64,000 nucleotides of DNA, taken from positions 166,658,001-166,722,000 of the forward strand of contig CM059425.1 in the NCBI GenBank assembly GCA_030390025.1, written 5' to 3'. The notes below the pieces were generated by a model that made no database searches, was not told the DNA's origin, and saw nothing but the letters and a program-made list of their open reading frames with translations. How positions within the stretch are numbered: position 1 is the stretch's first letter; each line of letters opens with the position of its first letter. This DNA comes from Squalus acanthias (Eukaryota). Below are positions 38,294 through 51,044 of the stretch, piece by piece. The position numbers were made by a program, and so were the translations under genes.

Positions 38294-38764
38294 ATGTCCC
38301 AATAACTTTCGCATCTTCCAGCAAGGTTTAACTAATGGGGTACACCACGAGATGCCCCATTCCAGCAAATTGTGCACTGCCTGAGTGACACACCACTCTT
38401 CTTCCTAAAGAAACAAAGAAGTCTGGCAGACATTCTTTCCTCAATACACTGCCCCTTTAATTCAGTATCAGGAATGTATTACATTTCATCATATGAATGG
38501 AACATTTTTGTTTCATATACAAGAACAGAACTACATAAAGTAATTTCATAATACTTTAGTTTGCCCCTGTTCTGCTGTTGTGAACCTAGGGCTCCTGGGC
38601 TAAATAGTTTTAAAATGATACTGGTTTACTGTCACAGCAAAATTGAAACATAAACAATCTAGCAGACACATTTTAGAGTAAATATCATCTCTAATCTTGG
38701 ATCTCTAGAGAACGTGTTTTTAAATTGTGTTTTGGGAAGGTAGAGATTAGTTCCAATGACAGTA

Positions 38765-39922
38765 TAGAAACATAGAAACATAGAAGATAGGAGCAGGAGT
38801 AGGCCATTCGGCCCCTCGAGCCTGCTCTGCCATTCGATGAGATCATGGCTGATCATCCAAACTCCCTGTCCCTGCCTTCTCCCCATATCCCTTGATACGT
38901 TTAGCCTTAAGAAATATATCTAACTTCCTTCTTGAATATATTTACTGACTTGGCCTCAACTGCCTTCTGTGGTAGAGAATTCCACAGGTTCACCACTCTC
39001 TGGGTGAAGAAATTCCTCCTCATCTCTGTCCTAAATGGCTTACCCCTTATCTTTAGACTGTGACCTCTTGTTCTGGACTCACCCGCCATCGGGAACATCC
39101 TTCCTGCATCCAGTCTGTCTAGCCCTGTTAGAATTTTATAAGTTTCAATGAGATCTCCTCTCATTCTTCTAAACTCCAGCGAGTATAAGCCCAATCGACC
39201 CAATCTCTCCTCATACGTCATTCCTGCCATCCCAGGTATCAGTCTGGTGAATCTTCGCTGCACTCTCTCCATGGCAAGAACATCCTTCCTCAGATAAGGC
39301 GACCAAAACTGCACACAATACTCAAGATGTGGTCTCACCAAGGCCCTGTACAACTGCAGCAAGACATCCTTGCTCCTGTACTCGAATCCTCTCGCTATGA
39401 AGACCAACATACCATTTGCCTTCTTAACCGCCTGCTGCACCTGCATGCTTACCTTCAGCGACTGGTGCACAAAGATACCCAGGTCTCGTTGCACTTCCCC
39501 TTCTCCCAATCTATTGCCGTTCAGATAATAATCTGCCTTTCTGTTTTTGCCACCAAAGCGGATAACCTCGCATTTATCCACATTATACTGCATCTGCCAT
39601 GCTTCTGCCCAATCACCCAACCTGTCCAAATCATACTGGAGTTTCTCGGCATCCTCCTCGCAGCACACACGCCCACCCAGCTTTGTGTCATCTGCAAACT
39701 TGGAGATATTACATCTAGTTCCCTCGTCTAGATCATTAATATATATAGTGAATAGCAGGGGTCCTAGGACCGATCCCTGCGGAACCCCACTAGTCACTGC
39801 CTGCCACTCGGAAAAAGACCCGTTTATTCCAACTATTTGCTTCCTGTCTGCCAACCAGTTCTCTATCCAAGTCAGTACCTTGCCCCCAATCCCATGTGCC
39901 TTAACTTTACACGCTAATCTCT
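38765..39922 (-). mobile_element. Young 5'-truncated CR1 with an open RT C-terminal frame
   Basis: ORF 38907-40004 contains SKFADDTK; (CTATGTTT)n tail. Same subfamily as 47791-56462. Confidence 0.92.
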
Positions 39923-40149
39923 GTATCAGACAAAGAGAATCTTTGTGAGTTTGAGAGAAGAAAAGGTGTAGATTAGCAGACAAGGAATTAGGGTAGATCA
40001 GCAATGTTGTGTGAATGTGCTACAGACAGAAAGAGTGGTGGATTAGCCGAGGTGTGTGTGAGTTGGAGCGATAGATTACTAAAATTGTGAGACGGCAGAG
40101 TAACAGTTGCAGACTTGTCAAAGGTGAGACCGAGGCAGCGAAGGGAGGC

Positions 40150-41000
40150 ACATTCACAGAACTATATGCAAGAAGGAGCAATAAGTTTACAAGCAAAGAT
40201 AGAATGAAGGAAATAAAGATACAGCTGCAAACTGCATCAAAGGAGGTCGCTACCTGAGTCTACACAATCATCCAGGTTCTTGGCTCCTGGCTGCAAATGA
40301 GGAAGAAGTTTGCTGGTACTATATTAGAAAGAAAGTGATGGTATGAACCTAAGGTGGGAACCATTTGAGACGAACCATTTCAAGCATTGTACAAAGCCAT
40401 TGCCCTTTTAGACACACTCCTTCATTATGCCGAAGCTATATGGAACTCTTACAGGTAAAATTGAGCAACTATACACCAAACAAATGCTCAGGCTTCCTGG
40501 ATAATGAACATTGATATACATAATGATTTTGATGTGATCAGGTACCACCTGAGTGCAAACACTTTCTTTGCCTGTAGGTTATAGGATTGATATGAAGAGC
40601 CCTGATACACACACGGGTGTCATCTGTAGCACCTTGAGCTCATGGAAAGGTCATCCAGATGATATATCCATAGGGAAAATGATGAAGATGTTGCTCCTTG
40701 TGAACACAGCACTATCACTTACTTGATACAAGTGTGCAGGGCTTTGCTGAGACCACATCTGGTCAGACTGCTTGATCTGTGGTGGCTTAGAAGAATGCGG
40801 AAGCATGAAATTTTCATGCTATGGTAACCGTCACTTCTACAAAAGAGCTGTTCCAGATGTTGTCTGTAAGTCATCCCACAGCAGTTGGTACAACTGTGTT
40901 GCAACTGCTCTTGTGAAGAGACATTGGCGGAGACAGGTCTCCTCTGACATATCCAGGTACATGTGGAAGAGTCTATGAAACCGGGTCCCAGGGTCATGAT
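40150..41000. pseudogene. Ancient Harbinger relic (transposase N-terminus on -, possible Myb remnant on +)
   Basis: Minus strand about 40880-40963 translates YLDMSEETCLRQCLFTRAVATQLYQLL. Plus strand near 40290 gives WLQMRKKF. Confidence 0.55.
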
Positions 41001-41432
41001 GGATACAGATTTAATGCCTCGTGGATTGTTGTACCTCCATTTGGTGGCCCCTCATTAACTTATTTTCCTCATCTGAAGCATTCAGCATATTCAGAAACTG
41101 GCAAGGAATGCCCATGCTTATCACTTAATATGGTGCCATTTAAATACCTGTAGCAACCAAGAGCCCGAAGGAAAAAATTGGTAGCAAATAAACCTCAAAA
41201 TGGCAGCACTCCTAGCAAGAACCATTAATGCATGGAACAAAATGTGGAAACATTGTACAGGAAATATATTTTAAAAAATGTTGAATGCCATAAAATCTAC
41301 CTACCTTTAAGAAGCCTGTTTGAACATGCTAGACCACAGGATCGTTGATGCTCCCAGCTGGGCTTGATACATGGCATAGGTGGTTCCTCATCCACAGTAG
41401 GGAATTTGGGTTATAATGGAGATTGGATAGAA

Positions 41433-42310
41433 TTAAGAACATAAGAAATAGGAGCAGGAGTAGGCCATATGACCCTTCGAGCTTGCTCCGCCATTCATTA
41501 AGGTCATGGCTGATCTTCGACCTCAACTCCACTTTCCCGCCTGATCTCCATATCCCTTGATTCCCCTAGAGTCCAAAAATCTATCTATCTCAGCCTTGAA
41601 TATACTCAACGACTCAGCATCCATAGCCCTTTGAGGTAGAGAATTCTAAAGATTCACAACCCTCTGAGTGAAGAAATTCCTCCTCATCTCACTCTTAAAT
41701 GGCCTACCCCTTATCCTGAGACTATTTCCCCTAGTTCTAAACTCTCCAGCCAGGGAAACAACCTCTCAGCATCTACCCTGTCAATCCCCCTCAGAATCTT
41801 ATATATTTCAATGAGATCACCTCTCATTCTTCTAAATTCCAGAGAGTATAGGCCCAATCTACTCAAACTTTCCTCAGAGGACAATCCTCTCACCCCAGGG
41901 ATCAATCTAGTGAATCTTCATTGCACCGCCTCTAAGGCATGTATATCCTTTCTCAGATAAGGAGACCAAAACTATGCACAGTACTCCAGATGTGGTCTCA
42001 GCAAAGCCCTGCACAATTGTAGTAAGACTTCCTTACTCTTGTACTCCAACCCCCTTGCAATAAAGGCCAACATGCCATTTGCCTTCCTAATTGCTTGCTG
42101 TACCTGCATGCTAACTTTCTGTGTTTCCTGTACGAGGACACCTAAATCTCTCTGAACACCAACATTTAATAGTTTCACACCAGTTAAAAAATATTCTGTT
42201 TGTCTATTCTTCCTACCAAAGTGAATAACCTCCCATTTCCCCACATTATATCCATCTGCCACCTTATTGCCCACTCACTTAACCTGTCTATATCCCTTTG
42301 CAGACTCTTT
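41433..42310 (-). mobile_element. CR1 3' fragment
   Basis: RT C-terminal peptides (VQRDLGVLV, LRPHLEYC) and a CR1 tail. Confidence 0.9.
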
Positions 42311-42959
42311 GGGCTCGATTTTGCCAGGCCCGAGGAGGCGGGATTGGAGGCGTGTGAGGTGGTAAAATCGCAAAAATAGGCGGGTGGGCCCAATCCCGCC
42401 TCCATTCCGCCTCCGAGCAATTTTCCCACATGCGTGTTTTCTGACCCCATTTCCATCCTGCCTCCAAGAGGCGGGATAGGCCCTTAAGGCCCTTAACAAC
42501 CGGTTAAGTGCCTCTATAATCCCATTTTGAGAGGCCTTTCTGAATTTAACACATTTCCCCCGTGCTGCACGTCTCCTCTGGAACACGCCAGTTAATCCTT
42601 GCAGCCTCACAAGTGGATTGCTTACTAACAGCTGCAGCTCCACCATTAAAAAGGAGTTTTCAGCAATCATCATTTGCAGGTGGCAGAACTTTGTTGTCTC
42701 AGATCTGGGGGAACTTTTAGCAGGCCTACTCATTGTTGTGGAAGTTTGGAGCCTGAGACCCATCTCCAGTGTGACCTCCTGGGAAACCCCTCTTCTCACC
42801 TTGACTGAGCGCTTCCTCAACTGAGGTATACACCAGAAGAATTTCCTTTCCTCCTGGACCTCAGATTCGGACGAAGACTAGCCACGGCAGCAGCAGAACC
42901 CTGAACAACAGCAGCACCAACAGCAGGATCAACAACAGGAGCGCCAAGCTGCTGCTCAC

Positions 42960-44055
42960 CCACAGGCCAGAAGGCGCCAGCGCATGGAAGCACGTTGCTG
43001 CAGGAGATACCCCAAAACAGGCTTTACAGACAGAGGATGAGCTACCTCAATATGACTGAGCAGCAGTGCCAAAGGAGGCTCAGACTTTTGCGAGAGGTAG
43101 TGGGTGACATCTGCGCAATGCTGCAGCAAGACCTGGAGCCCAGAGGAGCGGGTGGACACCCCTTACCAGTGGCCATCAAAGTCACCATCGCATTCAACTA
43201 TTTTGCTTCAGGCTCATTCCAGGGATCATCAGCAGACATCAGCGGCATCTCCCAGGCGGCTGCACACACTTGCATCACTCAGGTAACCGATGCCCTCTTT
43301 GCCATCACGCACAATTATATCAACTTCTCCAAGGATCAACCAAGTGTAACCGCGCGTGTGGTTGGATTTGCTAATCTGGCAGGCTTTCCAAGGGTGCAGG
43401 GCATCGTTGACTGCACACATGTGGCCCTTAAGGCACCCCATCACAATCCAGGTATTTTGTCAACCGCAAGGGCTTCCACTCCCTCAACGTGCAGCTGGTG
43501 TGTGACCACAAGAAGGAAATTTTGCATGTTTGTGCCAAGTACCCTGGCAGTTGCCATGACTCCTTCATCCTGCGCCAGTCTAGTGTGCCTCCGCTCTTCA
43601 GTCCGCCAGACCAACTTTTCGGATGGCTAATTGGAGACAAGGGCTATCCCCTGAAGACGTGGCTAATGATGCCGTTGAGGAGCCCATCCAACAAAGCTGA
43701 GGAGCGCTACAACTCCAGCCACATTTCCACCAGATCCATAATCGATCAAACCATCGGCTTGCTGAAGATGCGATTCAGATGCCTTGATAGATCAGGTGGA
43801 GCCCTGCAGTACTCAGCAGCCAGGGTCTCCAGAATCGTCGTGGTCTGCTGTGCACTTCACAACATGGCACAGCATCGTGGCTTGCAGATGCCTGAGGTAC
43901 AAGTGGCTCATCACATAGCCTTCTCAGATGAGGAGGAGGAGGAGGAAAGCGACAACAAACAGCTTGCGGAGGCGCATCAACCAGCGGCAGCAGCACGCAA
44001 GCACATTGCTGCCCGGGATGCAAGGGACGCACTCATCTTGGTCAGATTTGCTTAG
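42960..44055 (+). pseudogene. Harbinger transposase with frameshifts
   Basis: [13 protein letters not shown] and [16 protein letters not shown] motifs; frameshift near 43455. Confidence 0.9.
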
Positions 44056-44299
44056 CCTGCCCAATCAAATACTTTTGCCTCGCACCTTCTTAACAGAGCA
44101 TCGACAATGCCAAGAACCTGCGGATTCCTATCACTCTGACCACCATACTGACAATTGCAAGTCGCCCTAAGCCCTCAATGTGGAAGTCCCATTTGTGAAA
44201 TGACACAGACCACAACTTCAACAGTTTGCCATCAAATTATTTTATCACAACAATTCACGGATGGCATTTCAAAAATAAACACAACAGAACATCCAAGTG

Positions 44300-46268
44300 A
44301 CTACCCTTGTGACTACTTGTGCTTTATCTTCCTCTTACGCGTGCTCCTACGTGGTGCTTCCCCTGTGGCTTCAGCAGATGTGGAGGCCCCTTGCTCACTT
44401 TCTTGCTGCTCCTGCCTCGACACCTTTGGCGGGCGTCCTCTGGGGTTGCAAGCCTGTGAGGGCTCGGCAACAGTCTGCTGCTCCTGTGGCTGTGCAGGGG
44501 TTGAGATGCCGATCTCAGTTGGGTGTGGACTCTGATGGAGCTCTTACCGAGGGCTCTGCAGTGGCATGGTCGTATGAGCGCTTGGAGAGGAGCCCCCACT
44601 TCCTTGTTCTCTGCCACCAACATCCCTCTCATGGGTCAGCCCCACTTCAGAGCTAGCAAGGGGCTTGACAGCACCGTTTCTGCACTGGAAGTCCTACTCC
44701 AGAGGACTTCCATGAAGGTCTGGTTTCTCTTCTCAATAGCTGACCATCGCTCCTCAAGAGATGTCATTCTATTCTGAACAATGACCATGTTTTCAAGACC
44801 CTGGCGACTAAGCTCCTCCATGGCCATAGCCATCCTCTCCTCTACCATAGCCATCCTCTCCTCTACGGTAGACAGCCTTACCATGGAGGAAGCCATCCTT
44901 TCCAAGGAGGTTGTCATCCTTTCTGTGGTGATGCGTTCATGCGCCAATGCCTCCACAAAGGCCCTGCTCATGTTAGCGATGGACGCCTCCATTCGCTCCA
45001 CACTCGCAGCGACCCTGGAGACAAAACCTGCCAGAGACTCCTGCACCTGTTCCTGGAGTTCCAGCACCGCTCTCCTTCTGGATGGACCCGGAGGCACAGG
45101 GTCGACATGCAGCGGAGCCAAGCTGGGAGAGTCCTGCGCCCTCCAACGAGGACTCTCCACTACTGTCCCTGTCTCCACCATCAGCTGATGCTCACTTGTG
45201 AGCTGTGATACACCAGGTGACAACTCTACTCTATGTCCCGAAGGTCCCACCGAGGTGTGAGTGTCTGCGCTGGTGCTGGGTGCACTGAATTCTGCTGACG
45301 CTGCGCCCTCAGAGGTTGCAGCTTCCTCTGAGGAGTCTGGGTGCTCAGGCTGTTCCTCCTGGACAGTGGGGAGGGGGGCTGTCGATGGCCCTGTGGGGGA
45401 GTAAAGGAAAGAGTTAGACATGTGAGATAAACGTTGCATGCACATTGAATTGTGCAGATGATCATAAGTCAATCTGTTAGAGCATCATAATCAATATCAG
45501 TCACTCATGCAATGTCAATAAGAGAGATGAAAAACTATTCTGTCACCAGCTTGCTCTGACGCGCCCGTCTGTCCGTCCCCCACTTACGCATCCTCCTCCA
45601 CTCCCACGATCTCCAGGGCCACCTCCTCTGCAGTGGTGAGCTGGGATATTGAGGGTGGCCCTCCTCCTGTCCTCGCCCTCTCCCTCTTATTGTGGGCTCT
45701 CTTTTCCTGCAATGAGGGACACAAGTGGAGTTTGAGTGAGAATGAAGGAGTGAGTGTAGAGAAGGACACAAAGATGGAGTGAAGTGCCAAGACCAAGGGC
45801 CCTCCCTGTGTGTCGTAAGTTGTTGTCATAGCATCACAGTGATAGGGAGTGTGAGGGCTACATAGTCGAATAGTTAAGTGAATGTGAACATACAGAGAGA
45901 GGGAATGGGTAAGGGTGCAGGGATGTAAGGATGAAGTGGGATGTGGAGGAGGAGGTTGACAAAGCAGAGTGCTGGTGATGAGAAGCGATGGGGATCAGAT
46001 TGAGGATCATGGGGATGTAGTACTCACTTTTCCTGTGCGGAGAAGGTCATGAAACCTCTTTCAGCACTGCAGCCAGGTTCTGCTGCACATTGAAATGGCA
46101 TTCACCTCCTGTGCCACTTGCAGCCACACAGCTTTGGTCTGTTGGGGAGGCTTTTTCCTCCCTGAGGAAGGAAAGAGCAGCCTCCTTATTTGCTCTTGCT
46201 CCCTCCACCAGAGCTTGGAGGGAGGCCTCATCGAATCTGGGTGCACACTTTGGTCTGGTGATGGACAT
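44300..46268 (-). pseudogene. Harbinger Myb/SANT protein gene, 3 exons, frameshifted
   Basis: PRFDEASLQALVEG, WLQVAQEVN..RTWLQC, exon 2 EKRAHNKRERARTGGGP, exon 3 with heptad (EERMA) repeats. Confidence 0.8.
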
Positions 46269-46884
46269 AGTTGCAGTAGGAATCCTTCAGAAGTATGTTG
46301 ATAAAGTTGTAAGGCTGAAAAAGAACCAAGGCTGCTTGCAGGCCTTAAATCCAGCTGCACAGATGACATCATCGGAGGCGAGTTTCAGTATCAAAAGACT
46401 CATTGGGCCAGGGGTTCCCACACGCTGGAAATCAAGTGCCCAATTAGGGCAAAATCGCAGTTTTGTCCCGCCTCACATCGGAGGTGGGGTCCTGACACGC
46501 CGACCATCTGACATGCCCCCAGCCCGCCCCCAATGACAAAATCCAGCCCTATGTCTCAGGTCGCGATGGAGTCAATAATCCACAGAACTAGAACCTCACA
46601 AAAACGCACAATACAGATGTTGTAGGATAATAAGGATAGAAGATATAAGGAAGGCTAGAGAAAAAGCAAGGGCAATGAGAGGAGTGGGGTGGCCACCAGT
46701 TTATGGAAGTACAACAACCTTTGTTAAGAAGTAGCCCACGTAGATGGGAAAAATAAAAATTTTTAAAAAGTGATGTTGATACATGGACAGAAAGGAAAAG
46801 GCAAGTCCAGACAAGTCCAAGTGAGTCTGGGCTTGAAAGAAAACTGCTGGAGGAGTAGTACCATATAAGGTGCTGCAATAAGGG

Positions 46885-47300
46885 AACGGTAACAACTAGT
46901 AATCCAGAAGTCTGGACTAATGATCTGCAAGACATGAGTTCAAATCCCACCATTTAAATTCAGTTAATTAAATAAATCTGTAATTAAAACACTAGTATCA
47001 GTAATGGTAGCCATGAAACTACCAGATTATCACAAAAACCCATCTGTTGCACTAATGTCATTTAGGGAAGGAAATCTGCCGTCCTTACCTGGTCTGGCCC
47101 ATATGTGACTCCAGACCCACAGTAATGTGGTTGACTTTTAACTGCCCTCTGAAATGGCCCAGCAAACCACTCAGTTGCCAGACGGACTGCTGCAGTTCAA
47201 GATGGCAGCTCACCACCACCTTCTCAAGGGCAATTAGGGATGGGCAATAAATACTGGCCTTGCCAGCGACGCCCACATCCCAAAGAATGAATAAAAAAAA
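46885..47300 (+). mobile_element. tRNA-headed SINE sharing both ends with the LINE at 32045-34898
   Basis: Box B GAGTTCAAATC. Body matches 34590-34870 and tail matches 32045-32167; A-rich end. Confidence 0.85.
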
Positions 47301-50300
47301 TAAGAAGATAGGACCAGTAGGAGTCAGAAAGGACTTTCTGCAACATTCACATTGGAAATGTATAAATAGCTTATACCCACTAACAATAGATGGTACAATG
47401 TAAGGAGTGCATATCTACATGTAATTGTACTCTGCATAACTACTGTTTGTGCTGAAGCAAGAATAAAAGTGTTGTAACCAGAACCAAAAGCTGACTTTGT
47501 TACTACTCAAGCGAACAGCGGGATCCTGAGTAACCACATCTACGGTAAGTATCTGCAGCTCGAGGAACTTCGGCTCAGAGTTGTTGAGCTGGAGTTCGAG
47601 CTGCAGACATTGCGATGCATCAGGGAGGGGGAGAGTTACCTGCACACCTTGCTCAGGAGGCAGTCACACACCTTAGGTTAAGTAGTACTTTAGAGTTAGT
47701 CAATGGTCAGGGACAGGAGGGTGTGACTGCGAGTCAGGAAGATATGAGGACCCAGAATATAATGATGGAGGAGCCTCAGTCCTTGACCTTACATAGAAAC
47801 ATAGAAACATAGAAGATAGGAGCAGGAGTAGGCCATTCGGCCCCTCGAGCCTGCTCCGCCATTCGATGAGATCATGGCTGATCATCCAAACTCAGTACCT
47901 TGTACCTGCCTTCTCCCCATATCCCTTGATACCTTTAGCTTTAAGAAATATATCTAACTCCTTCTTGAATATATTTAATGACTTGGCCTCAACTACCTTC
48001 TGTGGTAGAGAATTCCACAGGTTCACCACTCTCTGGGTGAAGAAATTCTTCCCCATTTCTGTCCTAAATGGCTTACCCCTTATCCTTAGATTATGACCCC
48101 TGGTTCTGGACTCTCCGACCATCGGGAACATTCTTCCTGCATCTAGTTTGTCCAGACCTGTCAGAATTTTATATGTTTCGATGAGATCCCCTCTCATTCT
48201 TCTATACTCCAGCGAGTATAAGCCCAATCGACCCAATCTCTCCTCATATGTCATTCCTGCCATCCCAGGTATCAGCCTTGTGAATCTTCACTGAACTCCT
48301 TCCATGGCAAGAACATCCTTCCTCAGGTAAGGCGACCAAAACTGCACACAGTACTCAAGGTGTGGTCTCACCAAGGCCCTGTACAACTGCAGCAGGACAT
48401 CCCTGTTCCTATACTCAAACCCTTTCGCTATGAAGGCCAACATACCATTTGCCTTCTTCACCGCCTGCTGCACCTGCATGCTTACCTTCAGCGACTGGTG
48501 CACAAGGACACCCAGGTCTCCTTGCACTTCCCCTTCTCCCAATCTATTGCCATTCAGATAATAGTCTGCCTTTCTGTTTTTGACACAAAAGTGGATAACC
48601 TCGCATTTATCCACGTTATATTGCATCTGCCACGCTTCTGCCCACTCACCCAACCTGTCCAAATCATCCTGGAGTTTCTCGGTATCCTCCTCGCAGCACA
48701 CACTCCCACCCAGCTTTGTGTCATCTGCAAACTTGGAGATATTACATTTAGTTCCCTTATCTAGATCATTAATGTATATTGTGAATAGCTGGGGTCCAAG
48801 GACCGATCCTTGCGGTACCCCACTAGTCACTGCTTGCCACTCGGAAAAAGACCCATTAATTCCTACTCTCTGCTTTCTGTCCGCCAACCAGTTCTCTATC
48901 CAAGTCAATACCTTGCCCCCATCCCATGTGCCTTAACTTTACACGCTAATCTCTTATGCAGGACCTTATCGAAAGCCTTTTGAAAGTCCAAATACACCAC
49001 ATCTACTGGTTCTCCCTGATCTATTTTCCCAGTTACATCCTCAAAAAATTCCAGTAGATTAGTCAAGCACGATTTACCTTTTGTAAATCCATGTTGACTT
49101 TGTCCGATCTTGTCACTGTTTTTCAAGTGCTCAGCTATTACATCCTTTATAATGGACTTTAGCATTTTCCCCACTATTGATGTCAGGCTTACGAGTCTGT
49201 AATTCCCCGCTTTCTCTCTACCACCCTTTTTGAATAGTGGGGTAACATTAGCTACCCTCCAATCCATGGGTACAGTTCCAGATTCCATCGAATGTTGGAA
49301 GATGATCAGCAATGCATCTACTATTTCTAGGGCCACTTCTTTAAGTACCCTAGGATGTAGATTATCAGGCCCTGGGGATTTATCGGCCTTCAATCCCGTC
49401 AATTTCCCGAACACCATTTCCCTGTAAATACTGATTTCTTTCAGTTCCTCCCTTTCATCAGACCGTATGTTCTCCAACATCTCTGGGAGGTTATTTGTGT
49501 CCTCCTTTGTGAAGACAGAACCAAAATATGCATTTAATTTGTCTGCCATTTCTTTGTTCCCCATTATAACTTCCCCTGCTTCTGACTGCAAGGGACCTAC
49601 ACTTGATTTCACTAATCTTTTTCTCTTCACATATCTATAAAAGCTCTTACAGTCAGTTTTTATGTTCCCAGCAAGCTTACTTTCATATTATATTTTCCCC
49701 TTCTTAATTAATCCCTTTGTCCTCCTTTGTTGAATCCTAAACTGCTCCCAATCCTCAGGGTTACCGCTTTTTCTGGCCAATTTATATGCCCTCTCCTTGG
49801 ATCTTATGCTCTCTCTAATTTCCCTTGTTAGCCATGGTTGAGTCACCCTTTTTGTTTTATTCTTATGCCACACTGGGATAAACAAATTCTGTAGTTCATC
49901 CATGCAGTCTTTGAATGTTTGCCATTGCCTATCCACCGTCAACCCTTTGAGTGACATTCCCCAATCAATCCTACCCAATTCGCGCCTCATACCATCGTAG
50001 TTTCCTTTATTTAAATTCAGGACCCTAGTCTCTGATTCAACTACTTCACTCTCCATCCTAATGAAGAATTCTATCATATTATGATCACTCTGACCCAAGG
50101 GGCCTCGTACAACAAGATTGCTAATTAATCCTTTCTCGTTACATAATACCCAGTCTAAGATGGCCTGATCTCTGGTTGGTTCCTCAACATATTGTTCCAG
50201 AAAACCATCCCGTAAACATTGTAGGAATTCCTCCTCCACAGTATTGTTACTAATTTGGTTAGCCCAATCTATATGTAAATTAAAGTCACCCATGATGACT

Positions 50301-51044
50301 GCTGTGCCCTTACTGCATGCTTCTAATTTCCCTTTTAATGCCATCCCCAACCTCCGTATTACTGTTTGGAGGTCTATATACCAATCCCACTAACGTTTTC
50401 TGCCCCTTGTTATTTCTCAGTTCTACCCATACAGATTCCGCATCATCAGAGCTAATATCCTTCCTTTCAATTGTGTTAATCCCCTCTTTAACCAGCAATG
50501 CTACCCCACCTCCCTTTCTTTTTGCCTATCTTTCCTAAATATTGAATACCCCTGGATGTTGAGTTCCCAGCCTTGGCCACCCTAGAGCCATGTTTCTGTA
50601 ATCCCAATCAAATCGTATTCATTTACCTCTATTTGCGGAGCTAATTCATCCACCTTGTTCCGAATGCTCCTTGCATTAAGACACAAAGGGGTAGAAATTA
50701 GGTCGCGCCCCATTTGGGGCGCAAATATCGTCCGGACGCAAATATTAGCGCCTGGCGCTAATTATCGGCACTGACAGGAAACTTCACTTTTACCGCCCCG
50801 GGAGGTGAGTGGAGCGCTAAAGTAGGCGCTGCACACCTCTCTTAAGGCGCAAAGGCCAAGGAGTGAGGCGCTAACTCAGCGCACGAGCGCAGCGCAGCTG
50901 CTGCCAGTTAGCGAGGGAACACAGACACAATGGCGCCGGACACTTCTTAAAGCGGGGGGGGCCACTTGCTCCCCAGCCACACCCTGCTCATTGCAGCCTT
51001 GAATCTCAGCCTGGAGAGACCTGTAATCCATTTTGCTGCCAAGC

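Larger units (their letters stand above)
42311..46549. mobile_element. Full-length Harbinger, family C, orientation opposite to A and B, mildly degenerate
   Basis: TIRs GGGCTCGATTTTGCCA / TGACAAAATCCAGCCC (14 of 16 match); flanks TTT and TAT. Transposase on +, Myb on -. Confidence 0.9.
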
